From the IMG/VR virus record IMGVR_UViG_3300046167_000883, positions 49,712 to 113,711 of that record: a stretch of DNA of 64,000 nucleotides. One strand, given 5' to 3'. Both the position numbers and the translations under genes were made by a program. The notes below the pieces were generated by a model, which made no database searches, had not been told where the DNA came from, and saw nothing but the letters and a program-made list of their open reading frames with translations. Below are positions 10,803-21,918 of this stretch, one piece after another (within the stretch, counting starts at the first letter, position 1; the number at the start of each line of letters is the position of its first letter). This stretch comes from a virus.

Positions 10803-11248
10803 TCCGCGTCGACCGTCTTAATTTCTCCAACCTGTCTTGGGCTTGATTGGTAATTATTGTATTTGCCAATCATGTCCTGTAAGTTGTTGTAAGCGTCCTG
10901 AGCGAGTCCTTTATACACTTTGGATACTTCGTTCCTATTAACAAAAGAAACGACCTGTTCGCCATCCTGAACGCTTAAAACACCATTTGTGTTGTCAGTT
11001 ATGCCGCGCAAAGTGTTTCGGGCTTGTTTTGTATAGTAATGATACAAATACATCTCCTTGTAGATGTTCTGCTCTTCTAATTGCAAACCCTCTACGTTTC
11101 CATTAACGCCAGAAAAACTTGTATAAAGTACATTATTAAGCTGACCAATATTGTTATCCAGCCATCCAGAAATAGACTCAACCGTTACTCCAGTGGAGTC
11201 AAATTCGTTTTCGTAAATAGATGTGGCTAGGTTTCCAATGTCGCTCAT
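10799..11248 (-). CDS. putative head-tail adaptor
   Basis: 149 aa, helical with a beta-hairpin (VLSVQDGEQVVSF), downstream of the capsid gene. Confidence 0.5.
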   Translation of the reverse strand: MSDIGNLATSIYENEFDSTGVTVESISGWLDNNIGQLNNVLYTSFSGVNGNVEGLQLEEQNIYKEMYLYHYYTKQARNTLRGITDNTNGVLSVQDGEQVVSFVNRNEVSKVYKGLAQDAYNNLQDMIGKYNNYQSSPRQVGEIKTVDAD

Positions 11249-11856
11249 GATTGTCTTTGATATTCTTGGCTAATGACTTTAATTAGTCTTTCTCTATCAA
11301 AGCTTGGATTAAACCCCAGACGTGCGGCAGTTTCTTGAAGCTCTGATAAAGTTTTTGATTTTAATGTTTTGTTTAAATCATTTACACTTTTAGAACCTTC
11401 AAATGCATCAGACAGCGCTCCTTTTTCTGCTTTTTTACTGGCGGTTGTTTGAACAAACCCATTAGTGGAGGCCCAAGAATGGAAAGCTTGCAACAATTCA
11501 GCCTTTTGATCCCCCTCCGAAGAATAATGTCTAGCCGCAACCCTCTCTGCTATTGTCGCCATTTCATCTCTGGACATTGTATCAAGTCGTCGTCTGAATA
11601 CGCGCACATCAGCGGTTTTAAACGGGCTGATCTTGTCTGTGCCAAAAAGTTTTTCTTTTTCTTCAATGAGGTCTACTTCGTCCCTCTCTTTACCGTCGGT
11701 GTATTCTAAATTTTCTAAAGCATCACCTTTTTGCATTTCTTCATTATTGATCTCATCACCTTCTACTGCTGTAGCGATTTCTAAATCTTCTTCTACAACA
11801 GGCTGTTTGACAAATTTTTGCCCTTCTTCGTTAATCTGTTTAGATAATTCATCCAT
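11245..11856 (-). CDS. hypothetical protein with C-terminal HeH/Rho-N-like motif
   Basis: LKSKTLSELQETAARLGFNPSFDRERLIKVI; immediately downstream of capsid gene. Confidence 0.5.
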   Translation of the reverse strand: MDELSKQINEEGQKFVKQPVVEEDLEIATAVEGDEINNEEMQKGDALENLEYTDGKERDEVDLIEEKEKLFGTDKISPFKTADVRVFRRRLDTMSRDEMATIAERVAARHYSSEGDQKAELLQAFHSWASTNGFVQTTASKKAEKGALSDAFEGSKSVNDLNKTLKSKTLSELQETAARLGFNPSFDRERLIKVISQEYQRQS

Positions 11857-11888
11857 AATAGTATTATAAAAACAAAATAAAAAAATTC

Positions 11889-11919
11889 AAAAAAAAAGGG
11901 CCGCCCCGAAGGACGACCC
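11889..11919 (-). terminator. rho-independent terminator after major capsid gene
   Basis: minus strand GGGTCGTCC-TTCG-GGGCGGCCC followed by T9. Confidence 0.9.
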
Positions 11920-11940
11920 TTAAAGTTTAACACAAGAGCT

Positions 11941-13093
11941 TTATGCTCCCATGATTGCTGTACCAACAAGGGCGCGATTGTCAATAACAACTCGACCTTC
12001 TTCGATAGAACCGAAGTAACCGATCTTGTTTTGACGAATGCTGTATTGGTCATCAGCGATAAGGTTGAATTCACCACCGTTTTCGCTATCAACAGCAACT
12101 GGGCGAACAAGAGACTCGCGAGTGCGATCGATACCGAGAACAAGTTCATCAGTACCAGCAAAAGCTTGGTCACCAGCGCCACCGCCAGCAAGAGGAATGT
12201 TTCCACTTTGATAGCCAGTGAAGATGTCGTTGAACTTTCTCGACGAACCGCCAAGTCCACTACCACCCATTTCGTTAAGCTCGATGACATTGATACCATA
12301 GAACTCAGGAGCGCCAGCAGCTTGGAAAGCTTGTTCAGCGATCACATCAGCAGTACGAACATTGCTGTTCGCAGATGCTTGAGGAGCAGCCTTAGTGTTG
12401 ATTGGGTTGTAAGCAATCGCACGAAGCTCTTCAACGATTTCAGGAGAGCAGATGATGTCTGTGATGCCGCGACCTTGGCGAGCATCAGGAGTACCACCAA
12501 CAAAAGAAGTAACGATTCTCTTCGAACGAGTAATCATGCGATTAAGGTCAGCGAGAACGAATCTGTTGTTAGCAGCACCTTCTTCAAGGTGAGCAGAGTT
12601 GCTAGTGAAAGCATCTGCAAGAGCCTTAAGGACAACATTTGCAGAAATGGTGTTTTGCTTAAGAAGGATTTCTTGTGCAACACGAGTCATTGTCTTAGCG
12701 ACAACGTCCATGCGGCTCTTAGCAGCGTAACGACGGTCAAAGCTTACTGCGGAATCAAGGCTGTAAGTAGCTAACTTGAGTTCCGAAGATGTTGGAAGAA
12801 CTTCCGAAGTAGGAAGACCACCAGCACGGCTTTGGCTGTAAACTTGTACATAGTCCTTCGTCAGCAACGTCATAGTACAAATCCAACGGAATCGAAGGAT
12901 TGTCGTCAGCGTTGTACTGAAGAGTCGTGAAGAGGTTAGACAATGCAGGAGCATTGTTGATAACTTCTGCGAGAACAGGTCCGATAAACTCAGCAAGAGC
13001 AGTTTGAGCTTCGTAAGCAACGTCACGGTTGCGGGAAGCCATTGCCTTTACAAGCTCGACTTGTTCTGGAGTATTTTTCAAAGTAATTTTCAT
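11941..13093 (-). CDS. major capsid protein (one +1 insertion near 12856 splits the ORF)
   Basis: Joining MKITLKNTPEQ...LYYDVADE to DYVQVYSQSRAGGLP... gives ~383 aa; biased codon use, SD-like AAAGGA, follows protease and decoration genes, precedes strong terminator. Confidence 0.85.
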
Positions 13094-13114
13094 AATTTTA
13101 AATTTCCTTTCTTA

Positions 13115-13738
13115 TTAACCAAGTTTGACGATAACATAGTCGCCACCAAACTGATCGGTGAGGCCGCCATTAGTAGTGGCGCGTGAACCAGTTCCAAGAA
13201 CCATACCGATAGAAGCAGCGGAACCTACAGTAGCAGGACCTACAGTACCAGTGCCAGCAACTTCAAAACCGTCACCGATAGTGAACACAGAAGCTGCACC
13301 ACCTTCGATGGCATTTGCACTCAAGGTAAAGATACCCTTAGTTGCAACAGGAACAGTTTGGCCAGGAAGAACAGCTTGAAGCTCTTCTTTCTTGGTCGTA
13401 TTATAAAGAAGTTTCTCACCATTCTCATCAGTTTTAGCTGTTTGATTCAAGGTCAATCCAAGAGGAATTTCGCCCGAAGCAGCAGCAGCAACTTCTAGAG
13501 GATTAGTAGGATACATGTCGCCACCAACAAATGGGTAATCCCTCTTTCCAAGATAGTCGTTAGAACCGTAAGTAATAACGTCCTGGTCGAAGTTACCGTC
13601 AGTGACCTTAACGAAAACGCCGTTAGAACCCTCGCCGTCACCAGTGGTGGACTCAAGAACGTCGGCATTTTGAAGAGCAAAAACGTTAACAACGTCTTGC
13701 TCGTCATATTGTCTGAATGGAAGTAATCTAAGTGCCAT
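13115..13738 (-). CDS. putative capsid decoration/cement protein
   Basis: 207 aa, G/A/T-rich, between scaffold and capsid; QAVLPGQTVPVATKGIFTL motif. Confidence 0.6.
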   Translation of the reverse strand: MALRLLPFRQYDEQDVVNVFALQNADVLESTTGDGEGSNGVFVKVTDGNFDQDVITYGSNDYLGKRDYPFVGGDMYPTNPLEVAAAASGEIPLGLTLNQTAKTDENGEKLLYNTTKKEELQAVLPGQTVPVATKGIFTLSANAIEGGAASVFTIGDGFEVAGTGTVGPATVGSAASIGMVLGTGSRATTNGGLTDQFGGDYVIVKLG

Positions 13739-13767
13739 AATTTTTTTAAGTTTAAATTTTGTTTTGT

Positions 13768-15312
13768 TTATCCAAGGATATTTTCGCGGCTAAATGCAGC
13801 AGCGAACTTCTCCTTCAAAGTTGTTTTTGAAGCTTGAGCTTCGTTGTTATTAGGAAGAGCTTCTTCTGTAGCTTCTGCATTTTCAAGAGCTTCTTCAACG
13901 TCTACTTCTTCAGCAACTGCTTCTTCTTTAGCTTCAGTAGCTTCTGATGCTTCTGCTGTGTTGAGGCGCTTTTCGATTTCAGCTTCGACGCGAGCGGCGA
14001 TAGCTTCTTCTTGTTTTGCTTTAGCTTCCTTGTTTTTCGATGCCCAGAAAACAGCAAGCTCATCCTTAAATGATGCAAAAGACTCTTCGGTGTCATCAAG
14101 ACCCTTAATCTTTTCTGCAATAAATGAGCTATCGCTTTCTTCAAGATCGTAAATGGAATCAATTTCTTCCATACGAGCATTGAAGCGAGCAACTGCTTCT
14201 TCAGCCTTCTTTTCCGCCTCGAAAGATTCGATGCGCTCTTGAGCAGCTTTAAGTTCCTCCTTGATAGCCTCTACGGAAGCTTGAAGCTCTTCTCTCGCAG
14301 AAGCGATTTCAGCCTTCTCTTGTTCCGCAGCTTCAAGAGAAGCTTTGTACTCATCATCTTTTTGTTTAATGGCATCAGCAAAAGTTGCAGTCATGCCAGC
14401 GATAGCCTCTTCAGAGAATTTCTTCTCAGTAAGCGAGGCTTTGATTTCTGATAGTAGAGTTTCTAAGTCCATGATTTTAGTATTGTTTACAGTATTTTTT
14501 AAATTTTGTGAAATTTTGTCAGATATTTTTTCTAAACGAGCAGCTTGTGCTTTATCAGAATCTTCCTTAAGGTTTTCTTCTTTTTTATATTCGTTACTTA
14601 TTACGCCCTTAACATTCGCGGCAGGTTTCATAGTAAACCCAATGCCAAGAGGATATACCTTGCCAGTAATCAAGCGATAAATTGGCTTACCATCTTCAGT
14701 AACACCCTTGCCACCAAAACCTCTTAACATACCCTTCATTTCATCAACCTTTTTTGGGTCGGAAATAATTTCGGCGTCTTTTAAATTTTTACTACCAACC
14801 GCGATTTGATATTCACTGAATCCAATCTCCCAACTTGCAGAGATTGTGTTGTGCATTTTGTTTTCTGGGTCTGTGCTTTTTTCAAGCAAATCAAAAAACT
14901 CTTTATCTACTGTTTTATAAACTACAGCACCCAAAGCGATATTGAATGGGTTGGTTTCGTTTTCATCAACGTTTACTAAAAGAGTACTATCTGAATAATC
15001 GCTAAAACCAGCATTTACAATGTGTCCAACAACCTTCTTTTTATTGTGTTCAATGTTGGTTGGCTTATGAATAAATTGTTGTACAGAATCAATAGCAGTT
15101 TTTGTATCAATTCCGTCGCCGTTTTTATTAAACTCGTTAACAACCGCAGCATTAAAAGCTACACCCATTAAATCAATATTCTTTTCTAAGTCTACAGAGT
15201 TTGGAATTAAGCTTCTTAGGTTTTCTATATTCGCTTTGCTCACATTAATCCCTGCAATCTCTTGACAGGCGTTAATCTCAAACTCAAAGGTTGTAGTATA
15301 TTTATGACTCAT
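13768..15312 (-). CDS. prohead protease-scaffold fusion
   Basis: N-terminal NKNGDG...KPTNIEH...SASWE...G.G....PA protease-type motifs; long acidic E/A/K coiled-coil C-terminus. Confidence 0.75.
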   Translation of the reverse strand: MSHKYTTTFEFEINACQEIAGINVSKANIENLRSLIPNSVDLEKNIDLMGVAFNAAVVNEFNKNGDGIDTKTAIDSVQQFIHKPTNIEHNKKKVVGHIVNAGFSDYSDSTLLVNVDENETNPFNIALGAVVYKTVDKEFFDLLEKSTDPENKMHNTISASWEIGFSEYQIAVGSKNLKDAEIISDPKKVDEMKGMLRGFGGKGVTEDGKPIYRLITGKVYPLGIGFTMKPAANVKGVISNEYKKEENLKEDSDKAQAARLEKISDKISQNLKNTVNNTKIMDLETLLSEIKASLTEKKFSEEAIAGMTATFADAIKQKDDEYKASLEAAEQEKAEIASAREELQASVEAIKEELKAAQERIESFEAEKKAEEAVARFNARMEEIDSIYDLEESDSSFIAEKIKGLDDTEESFASFKDELAVFWASKNKEAKAKQEEAIAARVEAEIEKRLNTAEASEATEAKEEAVAEEVDVEEALENAEATEEALPNNNEAQASKTTLKEKFAAAFSRENILG

Positions 15313-17254
15313 TCGAATGATATAAAATTGCTGACGGGTAAATTTCTAACTTGTGAGCTTCTGATAAGGTTAAAACTTTTTCTAAAGTTCCAAGCTTCTC
15401 AATAGCGTTAAAGTCGTTTACACAAGAAATCACCGTTTCGGTCCAATTTTCTTTTTCAGATGCACAAACAACCGATTCACATAACTTACTAATCATCTTT
15501 TCTTGATCATCGTTTAGTGATTCGGCGCCAAGCTTCTCTAACATTTTTTCTGTAGCAATAGAATTTAAAGCTTCAACCTCATAAATGGTTGCTTGAATAT
15601 TCTCTCTGGAGAATTGATCCTTAGAACCTTCTGGTCTTCCAGGCATTCCGTTTGTTGGTTTTTCTTTAGGCTCCTCTTCTTCACCCTCTGGTTCAATCAT
15701 TGGCACACCACCAACAACTGGATTGAAGTAACCTTTTTCTCTTTGCTCTACAAATTTTTCTTGTGCTAATTCCAATTCTTCGGCTTGTGGGAATCGTCCA
15801 GTATGGAACAGTGTCATACCTTGTTCGGCAGATAGGATTCCAAGCTCCATAAGTCTTGTAGCGACACGCATAAGTTGAGTTTCGTCACGAAGATCAATAT
15901 CTTTAAACTTAACAGTAGGGCAAGATCTAAAACCTAAATCTTTTGCAATTCTGCGAATTTCTGGTTGCAAGAAATCGTGGATAAATGCTTCTCTTGCTTC
16001 TTTTAATCTGTCCAAAAATACACGAGCTTTAATTTGTGCGCCATTGTATTTGTCGTCATTTAAAATGATATTTTGAAGACCCTCTTTGATGTCTTGGTTG
16101 ATTACATCGTATTTAGCGGGGCCAACAACTTTGTTAATGTCGGGGATCACAAAGTCTGCTTTTGTGGTATAATCAGAAACCAAAACACGACCAACCGATT
16201 CGTTTTGAAAAAGCTTTTGCATAGCCTTCACATTGTTTGGATTGATGCCACCTTTTTCTGGTTCCGCACCCATAGTAATCATAAGAATAACATTCTCGAC
16301 AGTTCTCATGATTGCTTGATCCATTTTCTTCATTTCCATCTTGGCATTAATATCCTCAAGAACAGGATAACCAAATGGAATAGCGAATGGTTCGTAGTCT
16401 TGCTTTTTATAAAAGCTGTATGAAATTTTATCGTTTTTAAGATTAATCTTTAGACCATCTTTAAAGTAAGCGCCGTCCTTGATTTGTTTTTGTACCTCTG
16501 GCTCCAAAGCGTCGAAAACAGCCTGATCGTAATCATTCTTTGGATTTGAAAGTCTTTCCATGTCAAACTCAGAAAGAATCTTCGCGTAAGCTCCATCTCT
16601 TGTATTGAATACGGTACTACGTTTTGCCACAATCTCGAAAGGATTCAAAACAACATACTTCAATGGGAACTTATTCAAAGACGGGCCTTCAGAAACGTTC
16701 TGCGAAAACTTTTTGTAATCATCTAAGGTGAACTTGCCGTCAATACGATATAGGAAAATGTTGCCACTTCTGTAGTACTCTCTAAAGTATTGATCTTTTA
16801 AATCCCAAATTTTGATTCTGTCAAAAAGCTTCTCAAAGAAGTTTCTAGAAGTTGCGTTGCCACCCTCTAAATACAATTCTGCGTTTGCAAATTCTGACAT
16901 CATATCAATAGTATTCCTAAAGATAGGTACATTCGCATATGCTTTTTGGCACAGTTCGATAGCTTCTCTTACATTGATTCCGTCTGATGAAATTTCATAA
17001 GGAAGAAGTCCTCCCCTAATTTGGCTATACTTGTTAAGGGGGGCCGTAACAGACGATCTATTGATTCTTGTGCTTGTATTAGATGATGAGAGATTGCTCA
17101 CGGAACCAGATCGACTGTACGACCCCTGGGAAACATGATAAGCTTCGCCCATAGTAGCGGGTTCGACAGACTCTTGAGCTTGCACGATTTGCGGCGCAAC
17201 TCTTTTAAATTTATTCCAGTAGTCAGATTTTTTGGTGTATTTTCTTTTAGCCAT
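15302..17254 (-). CDS. portal protein
   Basis: 650 aa between terminase and protease; AYANVPIFRNTIDMM, YFREYYRSGNIFLY, KKQDYEPFAIPF segments. Confidence 0.8.
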   Translation of the reverse strand: MAKRKYTKKSDYWNKFKRVAPQIVQAQESVEPATMGEAYHVSQGSYSRSGSVSNLSSSNTSTRINRSSVTAPLNKYSQIRGGLLPYEISSDGINVREAIELCQKAYANVPIFRNTIDMMSEFANAELYLEGGNATSRNFFEKLFDRIKIWDLKDQYFREYYRSGNIFLYRIDGKFTLDDYKKFSQNVSEGPSLNKFPLKYVVLNPFEIVAKRSTVFNTRDGAYAKILSEFDMERLSNPKNDYDQAVFDALEPEVQKQIKDGAYFKDGLKINLKNDKISYSFYKKQDYEPFAIPFGYPVLEDINAKMEMKKMDQAIMRTVENVILMITMGAEPEKGGINPNNVKAMQKLFQNESVGRVLVSDYTTKADFVIPDINKVVGPAKYDVINQDIKEGLQNIILNDDKYNGAQIKARVFLDRLKEAREAFIHDFLQPEIRRIAKDLGFRSCPTVKFKDIDLRDETQLMRVATRLMELGILSAEQGMTLFHTGRFPQAEELELAQEKFVEQREKGYFNPVVGGVPMIEPEGEEEEPKEKPTNGMPGRPEGSKDQFSRENIQATIYEVEALNSIATEKMLEKLGAESLNDDQEKMISKLCESVVCASEKENWTETVISCVNDFNAIEKLGTLEKVLTLSEAHKLEIYPSAILYHSNES

Positions 17255-17396
17255 CTTTTTTATCCTTAAAGGAGGTCATACATACTGCAATTCTTTGCTT
17301 AATGTCCTTATATTCCTTCTTCATGGTTTTGTCGCCCAAGCACCTAGCCATAAATTTCTTTTGTTCCTCTTCTTTTCCTGGTTTTGGTATAGGCAT
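17247..17396 (-). CDS. small phage protein (49 aa, not in ORF track)
   Basis: MPIPKPGKEEEQKKFMARCLGDKTMKKEYKDIKQRIAVCMTSFKDKKDG; stop overlaps portal start; GTGTAA upstream. Confidence 0.7.
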   Translation of the reverse strand: MPIPKPGKEEEQKKFMARCLGDKTMKKEYKDIKQRIAVCMTSFKDKKDG

Positions 17397-17447
17397 AACT
17401 GATTATAAAGTTAATTACACTTTTTAAAAGTCACTTTTTTAACTTTT

Positions 17448-19299
17448 TTAAATAAACATTGGGGTGAATCCATAATTCGCCTCCTCTGGGACATTCATCA
17501 TATCATAATAAATACTCATACCCCAGTTACCTAACACCAAAGCTGAATACGAGTCCTTTCTTGGTCTATCCACACCTTTTTGTCTTTTTAGATTACTTGG
17601 CAAATCAAAACTTTGAGTACCGCCAGCGGATGTAGATACCTGTATTAAAGCACATTCAGCCTTTGTTAGATCAATCATATCTTTCTGGTGTTCAATAAAA
17701 TCAATCATCTTGGCGCCAACATTTTTTTCATCTTCGTACTTTGAAAATTTTAAATCTTTGATTGGGATTTTTTTAGCTTTTTGTATTGAATAGTTATCAT
17801 CCATAGCTGTAGCAGCAAAGTATAGCTTCTTTCTATCAAAAGCGGTTTGTAACATTTCATTAGCATTTCTAATCCAAACTGATACTGGCTTCCTCAAGTG
17901 ACATATCTTTTTATTAGAAAGGTTGTAGTTTCTTCTCGCTTCTTTTAAATCTTTTACATATTCGTGCGGATTATCCAATCCCGCTTCAAAAACACCAATT
18001 TCTAGTTTCTCTTTCTTGAAGATATCACTTTCGTTACAAGAGTTGATAAATTGAACCCCACCATTGTAGTCTCCCACAATCATAATAATATTGAAGTGGT
18101 CTAAAAGATATTTAAAGTAAATTATATGCTTCTTTAGGTTTGTCCCAGGAAGTGCGTAACTATGAACTACAACACCCTTCTTTTCTTCTGGTAAAAGTTT
18201 TATAACCTGAATAGCAAAGTCGTCAGAAGTTTCTGATTCAGACCAAGATGGGTCAAACGCCAAAACATATTCTGCACCCTCTTCTCCAGCTACCTCAACT
18301 GCTGGAGATTCGCCGTCCTCAATAGTACATTCGGCCATTTTGCTGATTTTAAAGTAACCTGCGCTGTCATCGGTAAACTGAGCGTTAAACTCTCGATCAA
18401 TCTGAGATTGGCTCATTGTACCCCTTGCTTGAGAAATCAAATTCTCATCATACAAAGCTTTTGGAGCGCAATCATAACTAAATTGCATAATACATCTTCT
18501 ACCTTGATTCTTTCGCACCAGGGTTGAAAATCATATTCTCATAGGCTTGGTACATTTTATAGAGATACTCAAATTTGTAGCATGCGGATGATAGACCAAT
18601 CATTTTATTCGACGGCCACTCCGTTCTTTCCTCTTCTGTCATTTTGCCAGCCTCAATCATGGCGTCTTCTGCGTCTTTGATTTTTTGCCTTTCCGTTGGG
18701 TTCTCTACAACCGCTAGGAACGGCATAATAACTTCATTCAATACCTTTTCTGGCATAAGCAAAAGCTCATCAATAATAATACGCTGAAAACGAAAGCCAC
18801 GAAGCTTTTCGCCGTCACCAAGTGGCAAAGCAGTAATACGACTCTTGCCAATTTGCATCGACCATTCATCGTTTGATTTGCTTACTTTACCAATACATTG
18901 TTGAAACAATTCCGCTTTCTTGTCTTGTGCTATATCTTCAATCTTACGAAAGATCATCTTAGACTGACGGAACGATTTTGAAATGATTCCAATATGTACA
19001 CCCTGATTTAACATCGCGTCCAGTAAAGCAAAAATGCCAGTAGAAAAAGACTTAGACATACCACGAGACCAGATTCCCAAAAAGTAATCATTCTCCATCA
19101 TAGCTTTAACAGCCATATGCTGGAATGGGAAAAGCTCAATACCAGTCAACAATTCGGTGGTGAAGGTTACGTTTTCTTTTAAAAATTTATATAACCAAAT
19201 TTTAGCTTTTATGTCTTCTAAATACCCTTCAAGTTCTAGAACCTGCTGGTTAACAGGCTCTCTTTTTAGTGGCTTTTGATTTCCAATGTCCCAAGTCAT
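17448..19299 (-). CDS. terminase large subunit (one +1 insertion near 18510)
   Basis: PFQ motif, Walker A-like SRGMSKS, KLRGFR..IIIDE Walker B, LSSA motif III; nuclease half YVLAFDPS...DDF...RKDSYSA. Confidence 0.9.
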
Positions 19300-20213
19300 T
19301 CTCTCTCCTTATCTAAAAAATATTGCACATCCACATCCCATAGCTTCTTACCCAAAAGCAAAAGTTTTGGAATGATTTCTTCACTGTGTTTTCTGTTATC
19401 TGTAAAGACAAATTGACAGTTTCCTGCAAATTCGTGTTGAATCGAAATTAAGTTTGAGAATACCCAGCCCAACTTAGGCGCCCTTCTGCCTCTAGTAAAT
19501 ATAGCTTCTTTTTCTATAGTTTTAATTGGCTTCTCGACAACGATATACATATAACTGTCAAGCTCCACACATCTTTTCATTTCTCTTCTAAATCTATCTA
19601 CTTGGCCGCCAAATGTTGATAAGAAGTCACCAGCGCTTTTTCTATCTACAAAAGTATTTGAAAAATTATTTCCACCCAACGTATAATCTCCAAAATCTAA
19701 TTTTAAAATTTGTGATTTAGGAAATTTCAATGGTTGCTGCTCTCTAGTATCTATCAAAACCTCCACATCGACGTTTTCGCTGAATTCTTTGGGCATACCC
19801 TTGTTAAAGATGGGCTTGGCGCCCATAGCTTCGCAAGCTTTTGTGTATGTCCCAAAGTGTTTCTTGTATACATCCAAATCGGGTAGTTGGCGTTTTAATA
19901 ACTCTAGATAAAATGGCGCGTGAGTATATTTCTTTTGTTTGATTCTCCTTTGGGCGAGTTCGATAATATAATCCTTAACCTCTGAATCTGGTGCTGACTC
20001 GCACCACTTCACAAGTTGTGAACGGTTAATGAAATCGTTTTCGAAATATTCTTCCTTCTTCTTGAATGGCAGTGGATTGCCGTTGAGTTTATTAAAACGC
20101 GGGTAATGTTTTACATAGTAATCCGCCACATACATCTTATGTGCTTTAAGATGACTGTGCAGTGATTTTTCAGAGTCAAACTCTGCCCCACATTCTTTGC
20201 ATTTATAAGACAT
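19296..20213 (-). CDS. C2H2 zinc finger + ERCC4/XPF-type nuclease domain protein
   Basis: YKCKECGAEFDSEKSLHSHLKAH; LIDTREQ...LDFGDY...VDRKS..DF. Confidence 0.75.
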   Translation of the reverse strand: MSYKCKECGAEFDSEKSLHSHLKAHKMYVADYYVKHYPRFNKLNGNPLPFKKKEEYFENDFINRSQLVKWCESAPDSEVKDYIIELAQRRIKQKKYTHAPFYLELLKRQLPDLDVYKKHFGTYTKACEAMGAKPIFNKGMPKEFSENVDVEVLIDTREQQPLKFPKSQILKLDFGDYTLGGNNFSNTFVDRKSAGDFLSTFGGQVDRFRREMKRCVELDSYMYIVVEKPIKTIEKEAIFTRGRRAPKLGWVFSNLISIQHEFAGNCQFVFTDNRKHSEEIIPKLLLLGKKLWDVDVQYFLDKERE

Positions 20214-21249
20214 CGTCAATTCCAATACCTAGAACGCGAGCTTTCCAAGCTGCCATACCTTCGAGTCTTTGGGCTTCTTCTTTGATTATTTCTTTTTGCA
20301 TTTCTGCAATGCGTACCATGTTTTTTCGCTCTTCTTCCTCCTGGAAGAGTTGTACGATAGAAAGAAAGGATGCGGTTTCCTTTTGCTTGTTCGCTAGACG
20401 CGCTCCACGATCGCCCTGAAGCTTCTTTGTGAGATTTTCAATACGAGACTCACATTGATGATATTCGGAGCTTTTAGCCTTAATAATTTCAGCCAGACGC
20501 ACTGTCATTTCGTCTTGGTCATCCGCGCTTTCAAACATATCGTTGAGTTTTTGCAAATGACCCGTAATTAACTCAAGGTTGATAATTTCCTTGGCAACAT
20601 TCATATACAAGTTAAGTTCATCAGCAGTAAGGTCTGGCTTGTCCCAAGTCAGTCTGATAAACTCCTGCTCAAACAATTCCTTGTCTCTGGCATTTGTATA
20701 ATTGTTTACGATAGCAACAAATCGTGAATTACTAAGATTGATACGCAGTTTGTTACAACAAGCTTTCTGATTGCGTGACATTTTATCTTCCTCTAATCCA
20801 TAACCCGTAGAATCGTTGATTTTTTTAATAATCCTAGAAATAGCTTGAGGGGGAACGTAGTTGCCAGCGGCGTCTTGACCTCTCTCCTTTTCCTCTTCTC
20901 TTTCTTGGTTTACAATGTCGTTAATGACTCTCCAAGGCTTTGAAAGTCTTGTGGTCTTTCCGCCGAAAATAATATCTGCAATTTCAGAAGTATTTAAACC
21001 ATCGCCTTTAAGTTCTTCAATTTTATCTAATTGTTCTTCACTTAGTTCTATTTCTTCTGCTTTTTTGCGTTTTGTGGTTTTTGTTTTGAAGCCGTTTTCT
21101 GCAAGATACTTTGTGACTGCTCTGCCTTCCTTTGATCTGCCGTCAATTTTATCATCGTTAAACACAATACGGGTTATGTTTAAGATGTTGGGGTCTTTCT
21201 GAAAACTTTCTAGGATTAAATCTTTTTGCTCTTGTGATAATTTAATCAT
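20203..21249 (-). CDS. hypothetical helical protein (possible small terminase)
   Basis: 348 aa, HTH-like segment GLNTSEIADIIFG and C-terminal coiled coil; near TerL. Confidence 0.45.
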   Translation of the reverse strand: MIKLSQEQKDLILESFQKDPNILNITRIVFNDDKIDGRSKEGRAVTKYLAENGFKTKTTKRKKAEEIELSEEQLDKIEELKGDGLNTSEIADIIFGGKTTRLSKPWRVINDIVNQEREEEKERGQDAAGNYVPPQAISRIIKKINDSTGYGLEEDKMSRNQKACCNKLRINLSNSRFVAIVNNYTNARDKELFEQEFIRLTWDKPDLTADELNLYMNVAKEIINLELITGHLQKLNDMFESADDQDEMTVRLAEIIKAKSSEYHQCESRIENLTKKLQGDRGARLANKQKETASFLSIVQLFQEEEERKNMVRIAEMQKEIIKEEAQRLEGMAAWKARVLGIGIDDVL

Positions 21250-21918
21250 AGTATATCTTTCTCCTTGATTATCTGTTTTGCTTTTTCTTGGAAAATCTTT
21301 TTTAAGTTTTTGATTTGCTTGTAGCCAGCAGAACGCTTCTTTTCGTTTGTTTTAAACCCTAAATATCTTGCAACTTCTTCTTCTGATTTGTTTTGGACAA
21401 ACAGCATTTTAAATGCGTTGAAATGTCTGGGGCTTAAATGTGGCTTCATTTCCATAGCAAGTTTATAAGTGGCGTTTTCCAAATCTAAAAAATTGTCTGG
21501 CTTTTCATAGATTTCGTAAATATGGTTTCTCCATAGTTACTGCTAACTTTATGTCGTATGCTGCTTTTTTCTTTTGTTCCCACTCTCTATATTCGGCACA
21601 AGAACCATCCTGAACTTCGCTTAGTGTTCTGGAGCATCCGTCTCCACCCATATTAAACTGGCAACGTAAACATGGTCTAGCATAGTTGCCGTAGTGGTTT
21701 CTTAGCAGGTTTTTAAATTGATTCGAAACGACCCTACTTAACCAAGGTTCAATTGGCTTGGACTGATCCCACAAGTGCCACTTCTTGTAGATATGAGTCA
21801 TGATGACTTGCTTTATGTCATCATAATCTACATAAGCTACTGCATCCAGATCCCACTTTGCTCTTTTTCTTTCTAGCGCCGCTTCGATCTGCTTTAGCTT
21901 ATCCTCAAAAGAATACAT
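21246..21918 (-). CDS. phage sigma70/ECF-like sigma factor with Cys-rich insert (one +1 insertion near 21527)
   Basis: region 2-like DDIKQ...KWHLWDQSKPIEPWLSRVVSNQFKNLLR; region 4-like LSPRHFNAFKMLFVQNKSEEEVARYLG. Confidence 0.7.

Noticed and set aside
12031-12774. 247-aa plus-strand ORF and similar antisense ORFs (e.g. 13844, 14345, 32985, 34711, 40875)
   Set aside because: Shadow frames opposite well-supported genes with biased codon use; no motifs or promoters
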